Below, one piece after another: positions 51,179 to 64,000 of a stretch of DNA of 64,000 bases. The stretch is taken from the NCBI GenBank assembly GCA_034439575.1, contig JAWXAQ010000012.1, positions 128,001 through 192,000 of the forward strand, in the 5' to 3' direction. The translations under genes were made by a program, and so were the position numbers. Each line of letters starts with the position of its first letter. Positions within the stretch are counted from its first letter, which is position 1. The notes below the pieces were generated by a model, which was not told where the DNA came from, did no database searches, and saw only the letters and a program-made list of their open reading frames with translations. The DNA is from Leptospira sp. (GTDB lineage Bacteria; Spirochaetota; Leptospiria; Leptospirales; Leptospiraceae).

Positions 51179-52881
51179 TCACATTGGCACCAACAGAAAA
51201 ATTATTTTATAGACTTCTTATCTTATTATCCACTCTCTCTCTGCTTTTTACTTTGCCTTTAGATGTCATTGACATTGACTCAAGCCAGTATGCAGAAATC
51301 GCCAGACAGATGTTTCACTCGGGTGATTTTTTTACACTCATTGATAATGGTAGAAGGTACTTAGATAAACCTATCTTTACGTTTTGGACGATTGCCACTT
51401 CCTTTAAACTTTTCGGAATGGGAAATATTGCCTTTCGTATCCCTGCTATATTACTTAGTTTTTTGTCTGCTTATTCCATATACCGCATTACTATACTTTT
51501 GTGGAAAAATGAAAGACAAGGTTATTTAGCCGCCATCATTTATCTGATCACTCCAGGATTTTATGCCATGGTCGTTGATCCAAAGATAGATGTGTATCTA
51601 GTATCTTATTTAGTTTTCACGCATCATTTTTATTATTTAGGAAAAAAAGAAAACCCTAACTATTATTATCTAATGTATTTGATGATGTCGATTGGTTTTG
51701 TCACAAAAGGGCCAATCAGTGTAGTGATTCCCGCGATTTCTATCGGTGGAGATATTTTGTTTCGTAGAGATTGGAAACTCCTTCTCTCTATGAAACTTTT
51801 TCCAGGGATATTCGTTCTCGCTTCTCTTCCTTTTGTTTGGTGTATTCTTTTATACAAAGGGTTCAATTCGTACGGACCCACTTTCTTTTTATGGATTCAG
51901 TCCTTTGGCCGTTTCTATAAAGAAATGTACAATGTAAAATTTGATCCTTTTTATTTTTATAAAAACTTCCTTTGGGCCTTTTTTAGTGGTGTATTGCCAA
52001 TGATCATCTATATAGGATTTAGATCTTATAAGTATGTAAAGAGTCTTGGATGGAAGGAAATCTTAAGAAAGATCAAAAGAAATGAATACTTTGCTTATGA
52101 TTTTGTGATCCCATTTTGGGTATTTTTGTTCCTATTTTTAATCTCTTTTTCAAGATACCCTCTCCCACAATACATCTATTGGATTCTACCCGCGGCGGCT
52201 TTGTATTTTGGAAAAATTGCTGAGGAAAGTTTATTCACATCCACAACAAAACGAATTCGGCCTTCCTTTATGGTAGCGGGTCTTGTTTATTTTGTTGGGT
52301 ATTGTCTATTGCCACTCTTTGTCGCAGATGTCGGCATTATCTATTATCTATTCTTTTTTGTAGGACTTGTTTTTGTATTTTTACTCGCCCAAGTCATACC
52401 ACTTGAATTTCTTCTCACCGTTACGGGTGCGGCTTTATTTTATGGAGCCATTAGTTTAAATTATTATCCACTTTTGACAAGTTTTCAACCCGCACATGAA
52501 ATGGGGGAAAAAATAAAAGAATTGGAACCAAATGAACCAGTGCTTTATACCTATCGTTTGTCCAATTCGAAACGATCCTATGCATTTTATTCTGATAGAA
52601 ACTTTCGCAATATCTATGATACCGAAAAATTAAAATCTCTTTGGGCCGATCACCCCAAAAGACTATTGGTGGTTCCAACAGAATACCTTGGTCAATTGAA
52701 GGATGCGGCGGGCAATGGGTATGAAATCGAAGTAGTTATGGAGAAAGATTCATATAAGATTGCCACTCCAACGATCGCTTTTTTAAAAAAAGAGACAAGA
52801 CCCTTAGTTACCAAGAAAATTTCCCTGATTTGGCTTAAAAAGGTTCAGGGAAAAAACGAAATCATACGAAGTAATAACTAG
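51175..52881 (+). CDS. ArnT/PMT-like (GT-C) membrane glycosyltransferase
   Basis: DSSQYAEIARQM, YLDKP, TKGP, many TM helices; ATGA coupling to the upstream gene. Confidence 0.88.
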   Translation: MITLAPTEKLFYRLLILLSTLSLLFTLPLDVIDIDSSQYAEIARQMFHSGDFFTLIDNGRRYLDKPIFTFWTIATSFKLFGMGNIAFRIPAILLSFLSAYSIYRITILLWKNERQGYLAAIIYLITPGFYAMVVDPKIDVYLVSYLVFTHHFYYLGKKENPNYYYLMYLMMSIGFVTKGPISVVIPAISIGGDILFRRDWKLLLSMKLFPGIFVLASLPFVWCILLYKGFNSYGPTFFLWIQSFGRFYKEMYNVKFDPFYFYKNFLWAFFSGVLPMIIYIGFRSYKYVKSLGWKEILRKIKRNEYFAYDFVIPFWVFLFLFLISFSRYPLPQYIYWILPAAALYFGKIAEESLFTSTTKRIRPSFMVAGLVYFVGYCLLPLFVADVGIIYYLFFFVGLVFVFLLAQVIPLEFLLTVTGAALFYGAISLNYYPLLTSFQPAHEMGEKIKELEPNEPVLYTYRLSNSKRSYAFYSDRNFRNIYDTEKLKSLWADHPKRLLVVPTEYLGQLKDAAGNGYEIEVVMEKDSYKIATPTIAFLKKETRPLVTKKISLIWLKKVQGKNEIIRSNN

Positions 52882-52907
52882 GCTAATTGTGTAAGTCTGG
52901 TTTTTAG

Positions 52908-52941
52908 GGCCCTTAGATGTCTCATCAGGGCCATTTTTTTT
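52908..52941 (+). terminator. Intrinsic terminator after the GT-C gene
   Basis: GGCCCT..GATG-TCT-CATC-AGGGCC followed by A and a T8 run. Confidence 0.7.
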
Positions 52942-53002
52942 AACCAATACATTAGTTTATTATAATTTACTTATTCTGTTTGAAATGGCTCCCTCAATTT
53001 TT

Positions 53003-53023
53003 AGTTGAGAATGAGTATCAATT
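53003..53023. promoter_or_regulatory. Fur-box-like operator upstream of the act operon
   Basis: AGT-TGAGAAT-G-AGTATCA-ATT, 12/14 match to TGATAAT-N-ATTATCA. Confidence 0.6.
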
Positions 53024-53161
53024 GAAATTCCTATCTACGAATTTATACTTATGTCACGTCTTATGTTTTTTCTTACGAGAAAACTCATACATACTTGCTT
53101 TTTTTGGGATTTTATCCTTTCTTGTCAGAAGACAGTGAAAACGGGTTCAGGAATTTAACGA

Positions 53162-53677
53162 ATGAACATAAAAATACTTAAGATCTCTGTGCCTATCGTT
53201 GCAGTTGCAGCCTTAGCATATTTGATTTTTTCACCCAGCCGTTATGTGGGCTACTCACCAGATCAGCCCATCCCATTTAACCATAAGATTCATGCAGGCG
53301 ACAATAAGATCGATTGTAAGTATTGCCATACAACGGTGGAAACATCGGCACATGCTTCGATTCCGCCATCTTCAACTTGTATGAATTGTCATAGTAAGGT
53401 GGCAAACGTAGCTGGCAACCAAGAGCATGTTAAATGGTTACAACAACAGTTCGAAACTAAGACCCCTGTCCCTTGGGTAAAAGTTCACGATCAACCAGAT
53501 TTTGTTTTCTTTAATCATTCGCGTCACGTTCAAAGAGGCGTCGATTGTTCCCAGTGTCATGGAAACATGGCAGAGATGGTAAAAGTTAAACAGTCCAAGT
53601 CGTTAAACATGGGTTTCTGTGTGGATTGCCACCGGGAAAACAACGCCCCTAACGATTGTTCGACTTGTCACAGGTAA
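53162..53677 (+). CDS. actA: Alternative complex III pentaheme cytochrome c
   Basis: Five CxxCH motifs, PDQPIPFNHKIH, PDFVFFNHSRH; N-terminal TM. Confidence 0.92.
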   Translation: MNIKILKISVPIVAVAALAYLIFSPSRYVGYSPDQPIPFNHKIHAGDNKIDCKYCHTTVETSAHASIPPSSTCMNCHSKVANVAGNQEHVKWLQQQFETKTPVPWVKVHDQPDFVFFNHSRHVQRGVDCSQCHGNMAEMVKVKQSKSLNMGFCVDCHRENNAPNDCSTCHR

Positions 53678-53696
53678 TCAGAGGACTCTAAATTAT

Positions 53697-56822
<3,126 letters not shown>

Positions 56823-56839
56823 ATAGGGAGAAAGCTTAT

Positions 56840-58213
56840 ATGTCATTAGCACAAGCAGTACGTGATAAACTAGACATTCCCGACCTGGTAACAGGTGGGA
56901 AAAATCTAAAAGATATCACTGTCGATATCGCGAAACCAAATGAGGACTTTCCCACAAAACTTTGGTGGAATACCTTTTCTCTCGTACTTACGATCACACT
57001 CATTGACGTTGCGATCATAGGATATTTATTTTATGAGGGTCTTTATATCCTAGGGATCAACAATCCTGTGGGTTGGGGATTCTTCGTTGTTAACTTCGTC
57101 TTCTGGATTGGTATCGGACACGCGGGAACCTTGATTTCTGCGGTTCTATTTCTTTTCCGACAAGGTTGGAGAACTGGTATCAATAGAGCTGCGGAAGCCA
57201 TGACAATCTTTGCCGTGTTAGTTGCCGCATCAAACCTTATCCTTCACGTAGGACGACCATGGCTTGGGTTTTGGTTATTCCCTTATCCAAACGAAAGAGG
57301 CCCATTATGGGTGAACTTCCGTTCGCCGCTTATTTGGGATACTTTTGCCGTTTCCACATACCTTTCCATCTCTATGGTATTCTGGTATTTAGGTTTGATT
57401 CCTGACTTAGCAACATTACGTGACCGTGCGACAGAAACTTGGAGAAAAAATCTCTATAATGTTCTTTCATTTGGTTGGGTGGGATCTGCAAGGTCTTGGT
57501 CACATTTAGAAATCGTGGCGATGATATTGGCCGCTCTTTCTACACCACTCGTTCTTTCCGTTCATACGATCGTATCTTTCGACTTTGCTGTTTCCATACT
57601 ACCTGGTTGGCATACAACGATTTTCCCACCTTACTTCGTAGCAGGTGCGATTTTCTCTGGTTTTGCGATGGTAGTGACTCTTATGGTGATTGCTCGGGAA
57701 GTATTTAACCTCCAAAACTATATCACCATGAAACACTTGGACAACATGAACAAAATCATGATGACTACGGGTCTTATTGTGGGCTTGGCGTATGGAACAG
57801 AATTCTTTATCGCATGGTATTCGGGCAATGAGTATGAAGGTTTTGCTTTCGTGAATAGAGCCTTTGGACCATATGGTTGGGCTTATTTTATCATGATCTC
57901 ATGTAACGTATTGTCTCCACAAGTGTTCTGGTTTAGAAAACTTCGTTATAATATTCCGGTTATGTTTGTCGCATCCCTTGTCGTGAACGTGGGTATGTGG
58001 TTTGAACGTTTCGTGATTATGATGACATTGAACCGAGACTTTTTACCATCCAGTTGGGCAATGTATACACCTTCCCTTTTTGACTACGCAATGTTAATCG
58101 GAACATTTGGAATCTTTTTCACACTATTCCTTTTATGGTGCCGTATCATGCCAATGATCGCTATTGCCGAAGTGAAAACAGTTATGCCAGCGAAAGAAGG
58201 AGCACATCACTAA
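56840..58213 (+). CDS. actC: Alternative complex III NrfD-type quinol-oxidising subunit
   Basis: [48 protein letters not shown]. Confidence 0.95.
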   Translation: MSLAQAVRDKLDIPDLVTGGKNLKDITVDIAKPNEDFPTKLWWNTFSLVLTITLIDVAIIGYLFYEGLYILGINNPVGWGFFVVNFVFWIGIGHAGTLISAVLFLFRQGWRTGINRAAEAMTIFAVLVAASNLILHVGRPWLGFWLFPYPNERGPLWVNFRSPLIWDTFAVSTYLSISMVFWYLGLIPDLATLRDRATETWRKNLYNVLSFGWVGSARSWSHLEIVAMILAALSTPLVLSVHTIVSFDFAVSILPGWHTTIFPPYFVAGAIFSGFAMVVTLMVIAREVFNLQNYITMKHLDNMNKIMMTTGLIVGLAYGTEFFIAWYSGNEYEGFAFVNRAFGPYGWAYFIMISCNVLSPQVFWFRKLRYNIPVMFVASLVVNVGMWFERFVIMMTLNRDFLPSSWAMYTPSLFDYAMLIGTFGIFFTLFLLWCRIMPMIAIAEVKTVMPAKEGAHH

Positions 58214-58214
58214 T

Positions 58215-58781
58215 ATGTATCTTCCTAAATCAGAACAATTTCATAAATACAATGAAGCGGATGAGGGAGTTTTTGGGGTTTTCGAAACTCCGGAAGCTAT
58301 CATTCATGCTGCCGAAAAAACAAAAGAAAAGAATTACGAAGGATTTGATTGTTTGCTTCCCTATCCCGTTCACGGAATCGATGAAGCGATGGGTACACCA
58401 AGATCAGGCCTTCCATGGGTGACTTTCTTTGCTGGGCTATTTGGGCTTTTGATTGGAACTTCATTTCAATACCTAACACACGCATACGATTGGCCAATGA
58501 ATATCGCTGGTAAGTCGTTAAATGCTTGGTTTGCGTATGTTCCGATCATTTTTGAAATCACAGTTTTTAGCGCGGGTATTTATACCGTGGTCGCTCTCGC
58601 TTACCTTTGCGGAATTCCAAAGGCAACTCGTAGAATTCTACATAAAGATTTTACATCTCACCGGTTTGGACTTTGGATTCCAAAATCTGCCAAAGGTTAT
58701 AATGAATCAGAAGTAGTTTCTTTTATCAAAGGCCTTGGTGGACAGGAAGTAACTGTTGTTAAGTCGGAGAAACAAGTATGA
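58215..58781 (+). CDS. actD: Alternative complex III subunit D (DUF3341)
   Basis: PYPVHG, DWPMNIAGK, VPIIFE. Confidence 0.92.
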   Translation: MYLPKSEQFHKYNEADEGVFGVFETPEAIIHAAEKTKEKNYEGFDCLLPYPVHGIDEAMGTPRSGLPWVTFFAGLFGLLIGTSFQYLTHAYDWPMNIAGKSLNAWFAYVPIIFEITVFSAGIYTVVALAYLCGIPKATRRILHKDFTSHRFGLWIPKSAKGYNESEVVSFIKGLGGQEVTVVKSEKQV

Positions 58782-59380
58782 AACAACTTTCTTTACATTT
58801 TCTTTTTGCACTGGTGCTTTTAAATGTCGTCAACTGTGACTACAAAACACCAGTATGGGAATACTTTCCGAATATGTATGACTCTCCTGCACGGGAAGCG
58901 CAAGAAGCGGACAGTTTTTCTAAAAATGGTGCCGCGAATCGCATTCCCCCAAAAGGTGCGATCCCGATTGGATACACTCCTTACCCTTACACAGAAGTTT
59001 TAACTCAGGATTCTTTACCTGGGGCTGATAAAGGATTAAAAAACCCTATCACGAAAGTTTCGCTCGGTGATTTGATGATTGGTGAAAAGAGATACCAAAC
59101 GTATTGCACACCTTGTCATGGGGTTCGAGCAGCTGGTAATGGATCTGTTGTTGGTCCAGCACCACGATTTGCACAAAGTCCTCCTGCTTTAGTTGGGCAA
59201 TTCGCAAATAGCAAATCTTATACAGACGGACAGATTTATCACATCATTACTATGGGGCGAGGTGGTATGGGAAGTTACGCCTACCAAATCGAACCAGAAG
59301 ATCGTTGGAGAGTTGTTGCCTACATTCGTAAGTTGCAAGAATTCGAAGCGAAAAACCAAAAAAATAGCCAGGCTAACTAG
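58778..59380 (+). CDS. actE: Alternative complex III monoheme cytochrome c lipoprotein
   Basis: Lipobox VVNC, PNMYDS, CTPCH, MGSY..DRW. Confidence 0.92.
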   Translation: MKQLSLHFLFALVLLNVVNCDYKTPVWEYFPNMYDSPAREAQEADSFSKNGAANRIPPKGAIPIGYTPYPYTEVLTQDSLPGADKGLKNPITKVSLGDLMIGEKRYQTYCTPCHGVRAAGNGSVVGPAPRFAQSPPALVGQFANSKSYTDGQIYHIITMGRGGMGSYAYQIEPEDRWRVVAYIRKLQEFEAKNQKNSQAN

Positions 59381-59388
59381 GAAATACT

Positions 59389-60639
59389 ATGAGTGCGACC
59401 AAAGCAGCAAAGTTAGATCAAAATCTTCTCCAATTCAAATTACCAGCTGGTCTGCGTAATGTGCTAATTGCACTAATCGGTGTTGGAGTGGTAAGTTTAA
59501 TTATATCCTTTTTAGGATTTGGGCATGAAACCTCACGTCATATGGATGAGTCTGGACATTTTCACCATACTAATTTAGGTTTCCACGTTCTTCTCGTGGC
59601 ATCTTATTTTGTATTGGGACTTGCCATCACCGGAATTTTTTTCACGGCTATTCAGCACATAACTGGAGCTCAGTGGTCTGTCACAGTGAGAAGGCTTTTT
59701 GAGACTTATGGACTTTTTACACCGGTGATCGCAATTTTACTCATTGGTGTATTTTATGGAATGCATGACCTTTACGAATGGGCGGATGCAACTGTCAGAG
59801 AAAACGATCATTTGATTCATCACAAAAGTGGTTATTTAAATCCAACTTTCTTTGTGGGTAGAACGATTGCCTTTCTCGTGATTTGGTCAGTGTTTGCATA
59901 TATCTTTCATTCCAAGTCAGTATCGCAAGACAAAGATAAAGAGGTGGGCACCACAAAAACTCTCGCAAAGATCGCGGGTGGTTTTATCCTTTTCTTTGCT
60001 TTATCTTGGAGTTTTTCTTCTTTTGACCTTCTCATGTCTCTATCACCACATTGGTTTTCGACTATGTTTGGTGTTTATTCCTTTGCGGGTGCATTTCAGA
60101 CAAGTTTAGCTTCTTATCTATTAGTTATTTTCTTATTAAAAAAATACGGATTTTACGGCGAAGTTGTGAATGATAATCATATTCACGATATCGCAAAATT
60201 CTTGTTAGGGATTACAACTTTTTGGGCTTATGTAGGTTTTTCTCAGTTCATGCTGATTTGGTATGCCAATATCCCAGAAGAAACTTTTTTCTATGAGATG
60301 AGAATGACTGGTGGGTGGGGTTATACAACACTTGCACTTCCATTTATCAAATTTGTAATTCCATTCTTGTTACTTCTAAACCGCCCCAATAAACGAAATA
60401 TTGGATTTTTATGGAAACTATCTCTTTGGATATTCTTCGTACAATTTTTCGAATTATTTTGGTTAGTTTTTCCGGCAAGTTTCGAACATTTTTCTTTCCT
60501 TCACTTTGCCTTAGCATTAGGCGGGACTTTGGGGACGATTGGTCTATTTGGACTTTTCCTATTCAAGAAGTTAGAAAAACATAGCCTTGTTCCAGTAGGC
60601 GATCCGAGGTTAGACGAATGTCTAAACCATCACCAATAG
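59389..60639 (+). CDS. actF: Alternative complex III subunit F
   Basis: WSVTVRR, LYEW, MSLSPHWFSTMFG, FSQFMLIWYANIPEE, GDP. Confidence 0.92.
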   Translation: MSATKAAKLDQNLLQFKLPAGLRNVLIALIGVGVVSLIISFLGFGHETSRHMDESGHFHHTNLGFHVLLVASYFVLGLAITGIFFTAIQHITGAQWSVTVRRLFETYGLFTPVIAILLIGVFYGMHDLYEWADATVRENDHLIHHKSGYLNPTFFVGRTIAFLVIWSVFAYIFHSKSVSQDKDKEVGTTKTLAKIAGGFILFFALSWSFSSFDLLMSLSPHWFSTMFGVYSFAGAFQTSLASYLLVIFLLKKYGFYGEVVNDNHIHDIAKFLLGITTFWAYVGFSQFMLIWYANIPEETFFYEMRMTGGWGYTTLALPFIKFVIPFLLLLNRPNKRNIGFLWKLSLWIFFVQFFELFWLVFPASFEHFSFLHFALALGGTLGTIGLFGLFLFKKLEKHSLVPVGDPRLDECLNHHQ

Positions 60640-60648
60640 GTAATTAAG

Positions 60649-61164
60649 ATGAAAAATTCAATTCTAATTTTAACAATTTCTGCTTTTGGTTTTATTGGTT
60701 GTTCAAAAAAAGCTGAGGTCACTTGGCATAAACTTTGTGATGCCAAAACAAACAAAGCATCTCTTGATTTTACAGTTCCGCTCTATACAGAACCAAATGC
60801 CAAATCACAAGTGTTAGAGTTTGTTCCTGTTGGTACGGTTGTTATGGTTTTTGAAAATAGAAACCACAACGTATGGAGTCCAAGAAACTTCCTTCGCGTA
60901 CAAACTGCGAAGGGTGAGGGATATATGAGTCCACAGTGCCTTGTAGTAAATCAAGATCCTGAAAATAGTGTTTGGCGTTATTCCAAAAATTTGGTTAAGG
61001 AATATAAATATTTCTATGATCCAAATGATAAAGAACATTATCCAAAAGGTTATGAGTATGGATCATTGAAGGGGCTACCTAAGGATAAAATTCATCTATC
61101 TGAATTAACAAAAGGAATGGTCGAAGAGACTTATATCCATAAAGCTCCACTCCAACCAAACTAA
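60649..61164 (+). CDS. Lipoprotein with SH3b-like segment (Lsa16-like)
   Basis: Lipobox FIGC; PLYTEPNAKSQVL...RVQT..GEGYM; position after act genes as recalled for L. interrogans lsa16. Confidence 0.7.
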   Translation: MKNSILILTISAFGFIGCSKKAEVTWHKLCDAKTNKASLDFTVPLYTEPNAKSQVLEFVPVGTVVMVFENRNHNVWSPRNFLRVQTAKGEGYMSPQCLVVNQDPENSVWRYSKNLVKEYKYFYDPNDKEHYPKGYEYGSLKGLPKDKIHLSELTKGMVEETYIHKAPLQPN

Positions 61165-61205
61165 AAACTAGTTCTGTCTTAAAAAAGACAGTTTGTTTCA
61201 ATGAG

Positions 61206-61243
61206 AAAGGATCCAAGGCATTAGACCTTTGGATCCTTTTTTT
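61206..61243 (+). terminator. Intrinsic terminator of the act operon
   Basis: AAAGGATCCAAGG-CATTAGA-CCTTTGGATCCTTT plus T run; a second hairpin CTGTCTT/AAGACAG at 61174-61191. Confidence 0.75.
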
Positions 61244-61248
61244 ATCCT

Positions 61249-61277
61249 TTGACAAATTGAATTCTTGAAAGTAATAT
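61249..61277 (+). promoter_or_regulatory. Sigma70 promoter, probably leaderless, for the cyclase gene
   Basis: TTGACA-N17-TAATAT ending 7 nt before ATG 61285; no SD. Confidence 0.65.
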
Positions 61278-61284
61278 CTTCATC

Positions 61285-61938
61285 ATGGGCCAAAAGAGAA
61301 CAATCGCAACATCTGCATCTGAAGAAAGACTTGAAAAATTATTAGAAGAAAGAATCATCACAGGTTCGAACCAAGAAGTGATCGATAAAAGAATCTGGGA
61401 TTTGTTTGGTGAAACTTGGTGTGTGATGTTTACTGACCTTTCTGGTTTTTCTAGAGGCGTTGCCAAGTTTGGTATCATTCATTTTTTACAAACGATTTAT
61501 GAATCACAACGTATTTTAATTCCGGTAGTCGATGAATACGATGGGATTTTAATGAAAGATGAAGGTGATAGTTTTATGGTCTTATTCAGAAACACAAATA
61601 AGGCTATCAATTGTGCAATTCATATGCAAAAAGCATGTCGTCGATATAATGAAGGAAAACAAGCAGAAGAACAAATCCTTTTATGTGTCGGTCTTGGTTA
61701 TGGAAAAATTTTAAAAATTGGAGATAGTGATGTTTTTGGCTCTGAAGTAAATGCAGCATCTAAGTTAGGTGAGGATACGGCAAAGGCATGGGAAATTCTT
61801 GTGACGCAAGCTGTTAAAGATAATGCAGAAAATACGACAGAATTTGATTTTACAGAAATTGAAGATATTCCGCCTGGTAGCGACGGTGCCTATAAATTGG
61901 TATATACCTTAGATGATTCTAAATGGGTTGTAATGTAA
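61285..61938 (+). CDS. Stand-alone class III adenylate/guanylate cyclase
   Basis: MFTDLSGFS, KDEGDSFM, DVFGSEVNAASKL. Confidence 0.88.
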   Translation: MGQKRTIATSASEERLEKLLEERIITGSNQEVIDKRIWDLFGETWCVMFTDLSGFSRGVAKFGIIHFLQTIYESQRILIPVVDEYDGILMKDEGDSFMVLFRNTNKAINCAIHMQKACRRYNEGKQAEEQILLCVGLGYGKILKIGDSDVFGSEVNAASKLGEDTAKAWEILVTQAVKDNAENTTEFDFTEIEDIPPGSDGAYKLVYTLDDSKWVVM

Positions 61939-62000
61939 TTCAAAGGATTTAATTATAAAACGCTTTAATGGATTCTTTGTTTGGTGTATTTATTGTCTAA

Positions 62001-63824
62001 TCATTCCATAAATTCATAAATGGATCGGATATCTCCCATTTTTTCAACAGTGTTATATAGTTTTTGGTATAGATGATTTTGGCATAGAGTTCCTGAGTCA
62101 CCGATAATAATTAAGTGATATTTAGCTCGTGTTAGAGCTACATTCAATCTTTTGAAATCCGATAAAAATCCTATTTCTCCCGTTTCATTAGATCTCACAA
62201 GACTGATTAGAATAATTTCTGATTCTCTTCCTTGAAAGGAATCAATCGTTTGTACATTTAAATTCTCTATATTTTTATCACGTAGTGCCTCAACTTGGCC
62301 TCTGTATGGCGAAAGTATGTTTGTAAACCTTTTTGATAAACCTAATTCGAAGAGTCTTTCTATAAGGGAAATTTCAATCTCGTTTCGATAACTCATTTCT
62401 TCTGAGCCAGAAATTTCCATGGTATCACTTCCAGCAGTATCAAACCAAATAAGACCGCAGTCAGATCCGAATAAATTATCAAAGCCAAACTCTTCTTTTT
62501 GTAATTTTGATTCTTTGATTAAATTTGGTGTTTCAATTTTTCCCTCGTAAAAATTTTCATTGGGGAAATTTAAAATTTCAGGTTTCATTCTAAATTGTTT
62601 GTTTAAAAAAATGATGCGAGATCCATCGTCGTTTAAAATTCCTTTTTCTAAGAAACTAAGCATAGTTTTGTGATCAGGATGTGAGTAAGAAGGGGGTAAT
62701 TGTTTGGGATCTCCCAAAAAAAATACTTTCTCTCCGGCAAGCACACCCATATAACAGGCAACATCTAGACCTTGCGTAGCTTCATCAATAAAAACATATT
62801 TGAATCTTCTCCCTTTCTTTAATTCGTTTGCGTAGCCAGAGAAAGTAGATACAAGTAAATCACATTGATCTATCAAATTCGTTCGAATATTTGATTCAAG
62901 TCCTCGAATGATTTTTAATAAGTCTTTAGCTTCGCGACGTAAGTTTTTTCGTTCTTCACGTTCTTCTTTACCGAAACTACGTTTCCAGGTGTTAGCTTTT
63001 TTTTGAATTCCTTTTAATTCAGAATGCCATGTTTGAATTTGTTTTTGTTCGGGGCTTTCTGAAATTAAATGGTCAATATGATAATTTAATACATTATCTT
63101 TTATCTTAGTAGAATTGCCAAGACGGATGACATTTAATTTTTTTGAAATAGCTAGCTCGACTATATAGTCACAGGCAAAGTTAGTCGGACATAAAACCAA
63201 AACACTCGTTTTTTGAGTTCGAAGTTCTTCTATGATTTGAATGAGTAAAGTTGTCTTTCCAGTTCCGGGTGGACCAAAAACGAAACCATAATCATTTAAT
63301 TGAAGTAAGGAATCTTTTGGTGAAACCTCTGATTTCATTTTTGGTGGAGTTGTTTTTTCAGAAGAATTGTATCCTAATATCCATGCTAATTTTTGGTAAG
63401 CATCATTATCCTTTTGGTTTTCCAATCTGTTGATCACATCAAAATACATTTCGTAAGTTGATTCTTGAAACCATTCTTTGATAACATAAGTCTCGCTTTC
63501 TAATTCATAATCTCCACGGATTTGGATGTTTATTTCTTTTTCATTCCAAGTATAAACATTCCCAAAAATTTTATCTAAATCAGATTCAATTAAAACAGGA
63601 CTACCTCGTCTGATCCATTTTTGATTTTTGATTGGTGTTTGGTGCCTAAATAAAAGTCTCCATGTATTTCCCGCTAAGAATCTTGAATCTTCTAAAACAC
63701 AAGATTTTAGTATATTATTATTATCTTTATTATCTTCAAATTCCTTTCTTTCAAAGTCGCGCTCCTTGTTTAAAATTTCTTTTTGAAAATTTATTTCTTC
63801 GCGTAGATTGTTAAAATGTTGCAT
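62001..63824 (-). CDS. Upf1/IGHMBP2-like superfamily 1 helicase
   Basis: GPPGTGKT, IDEATQ, GDPKQL, QFRM, SPYRGQ, TIDSFQGRE, RLNVALTRA; TAATG coupling puts the start at 63824. Confidence 0.92.
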   Translation of the reverse strand: MQHFNNLREEINFQKEILNKERDFERKEFEDNKDNNNILKSCVLEDSRFLAGNTWRLLFRHQTPIKNQKWIRRGSPVLIESDLDKIFGNVYTWNEKEINIQIRGDYELESETYVIKEWFQESTYEMYFDVINRLENQKDNDAYQKLAWILGYNSSEKTTPPKMKSEVSPKDSLLQLNDYGFVFGPPGTGKTTLLIQIIEELRTQKTSVLVLCPTNFACDYIVELAISKKLNVIRLGNSTKIKDNVLNYHIDHLISESPEQKQIQTWHSELKGIQKKANTWKRSFGKEEREERKNLRREAKDLLKIIRGLESNIRTNLIDQCDLLVSTFSGYANELKKGRRFKYVFIDEATQGLDVACYMGVLAGEKVFFLGDPKQLPPSYSHPDHKTMLSFLEKGILNDDGSRIIFLNKQFRMKPEILNFPNENFYEGKIETPNLIKESKLQKEEFGFDNLFGSDCGLIWFDTAGSDTMEISGSEEMSYRNEIEISLIERLFELGLSKRFTNILSPYRGQVEALRDKNIENLNVQTIDSFQGRESEIILISLVRSNETGEIGFLSDFKRLNVALTRAKYHLIIIGDSGTLCQNHLYQKLYNTVEKMGDIRSIYEFME

Positions 63825-64000
63825 TATGGTTCTTCCCATTCTATATTTTCAAGTGTTGTAAAAAAACCATTGCGAAGGAGGGGTGCAAAATCAGTCATTT
63901 CGGTGCCATTTAATTGAAGCGAGTCTTCATAAGAGTAGGCTTGGATGAGTAATTGTGCCGCTTCATCGAGAAGGCCTAATCTGCATTTAGCACGAGACTG
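63824..64000 (-). CDS. 3' end of a hypothetical (TPR-like) protein, truncated by window edge
   Basis: Open frame QSRAKCRLGLLDEAAQLLIQAY...WEEP* whose TAA overlaps the helicase ATG. Confidence 0.6.
   Translation of the reverse strand, partial: QSRAKCRLGLLDEAAQLLIQAYSYEDSLQLNGTEMTDFAPLLRNGFFTTLENIEWEEP

Noticed and set aside
49849-52881. Radical SAM + Cys-rich small protein + glycosyltransferase as a RiPP cluster
   Set aside because: The radical SAM enzyme is a clear RlmN with no SPASM/RRE, the small protein has a lipoprotein signal, and no peptidase or transporter is present
53619-53696. ORF-track N-terminal extension of actB
   Set aside because: Overlaps actA; SD GAGGA supports ATG 53697
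62001-63824. SF1 helicase as an anti-phage defence gene
   Set aside because: No nuclease domain or defence neighbours visible; the upstream context is cut off by the window

Overview
Gene-dense, AT-rich (visually about 37% GC) core-chromosome segment of a Leptospira. The genus is inferred from gene content and synteny: lexA-lipoprotein-ctpA-tsaD, FlaA-like, DUF1577-like, MPL17-like and Lsa16-like genes. It holds about 55 CDS and two tRNAs (fMet-CAT, Leu-CAA). I found no mobile element, prophage, CRISPR array or rRNA. Housekeeping genes include lexA (5'-truncated), tsaD, pssA, glpK, rsmI, nadE, waaA, yggS, proC, mnmA, ahpC, sufB and rlmN, plus an alternative complex III cluster (actABCDEF). 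The most interesting signals are: (1) a sigma28-type flgM unit that continues into an iron-ADH homologue lacking every catalytic motif, a small ORF and a FliG-C-like protein; (2) an ABC-F ATPase preceded by a 5-codon leader ORF (MNVLL) in a hairpin that masks its Shine-Dalgarno, i.e. an antibiotic-sensing attenuator architecture; (3) an ATP-grasp ligase fused to an Fe-S/FMN hydroxy-acid oxidase next to mnmA; (4) a perfect Per-type palindrome over the ahpC -10 box and a Fur-type box upstream of act; (5) an Lsa16-like lipoprotein as the last gene of the act operon. All family calls come from motif recognition by eye; no database searches were run, so novelty is unverified.
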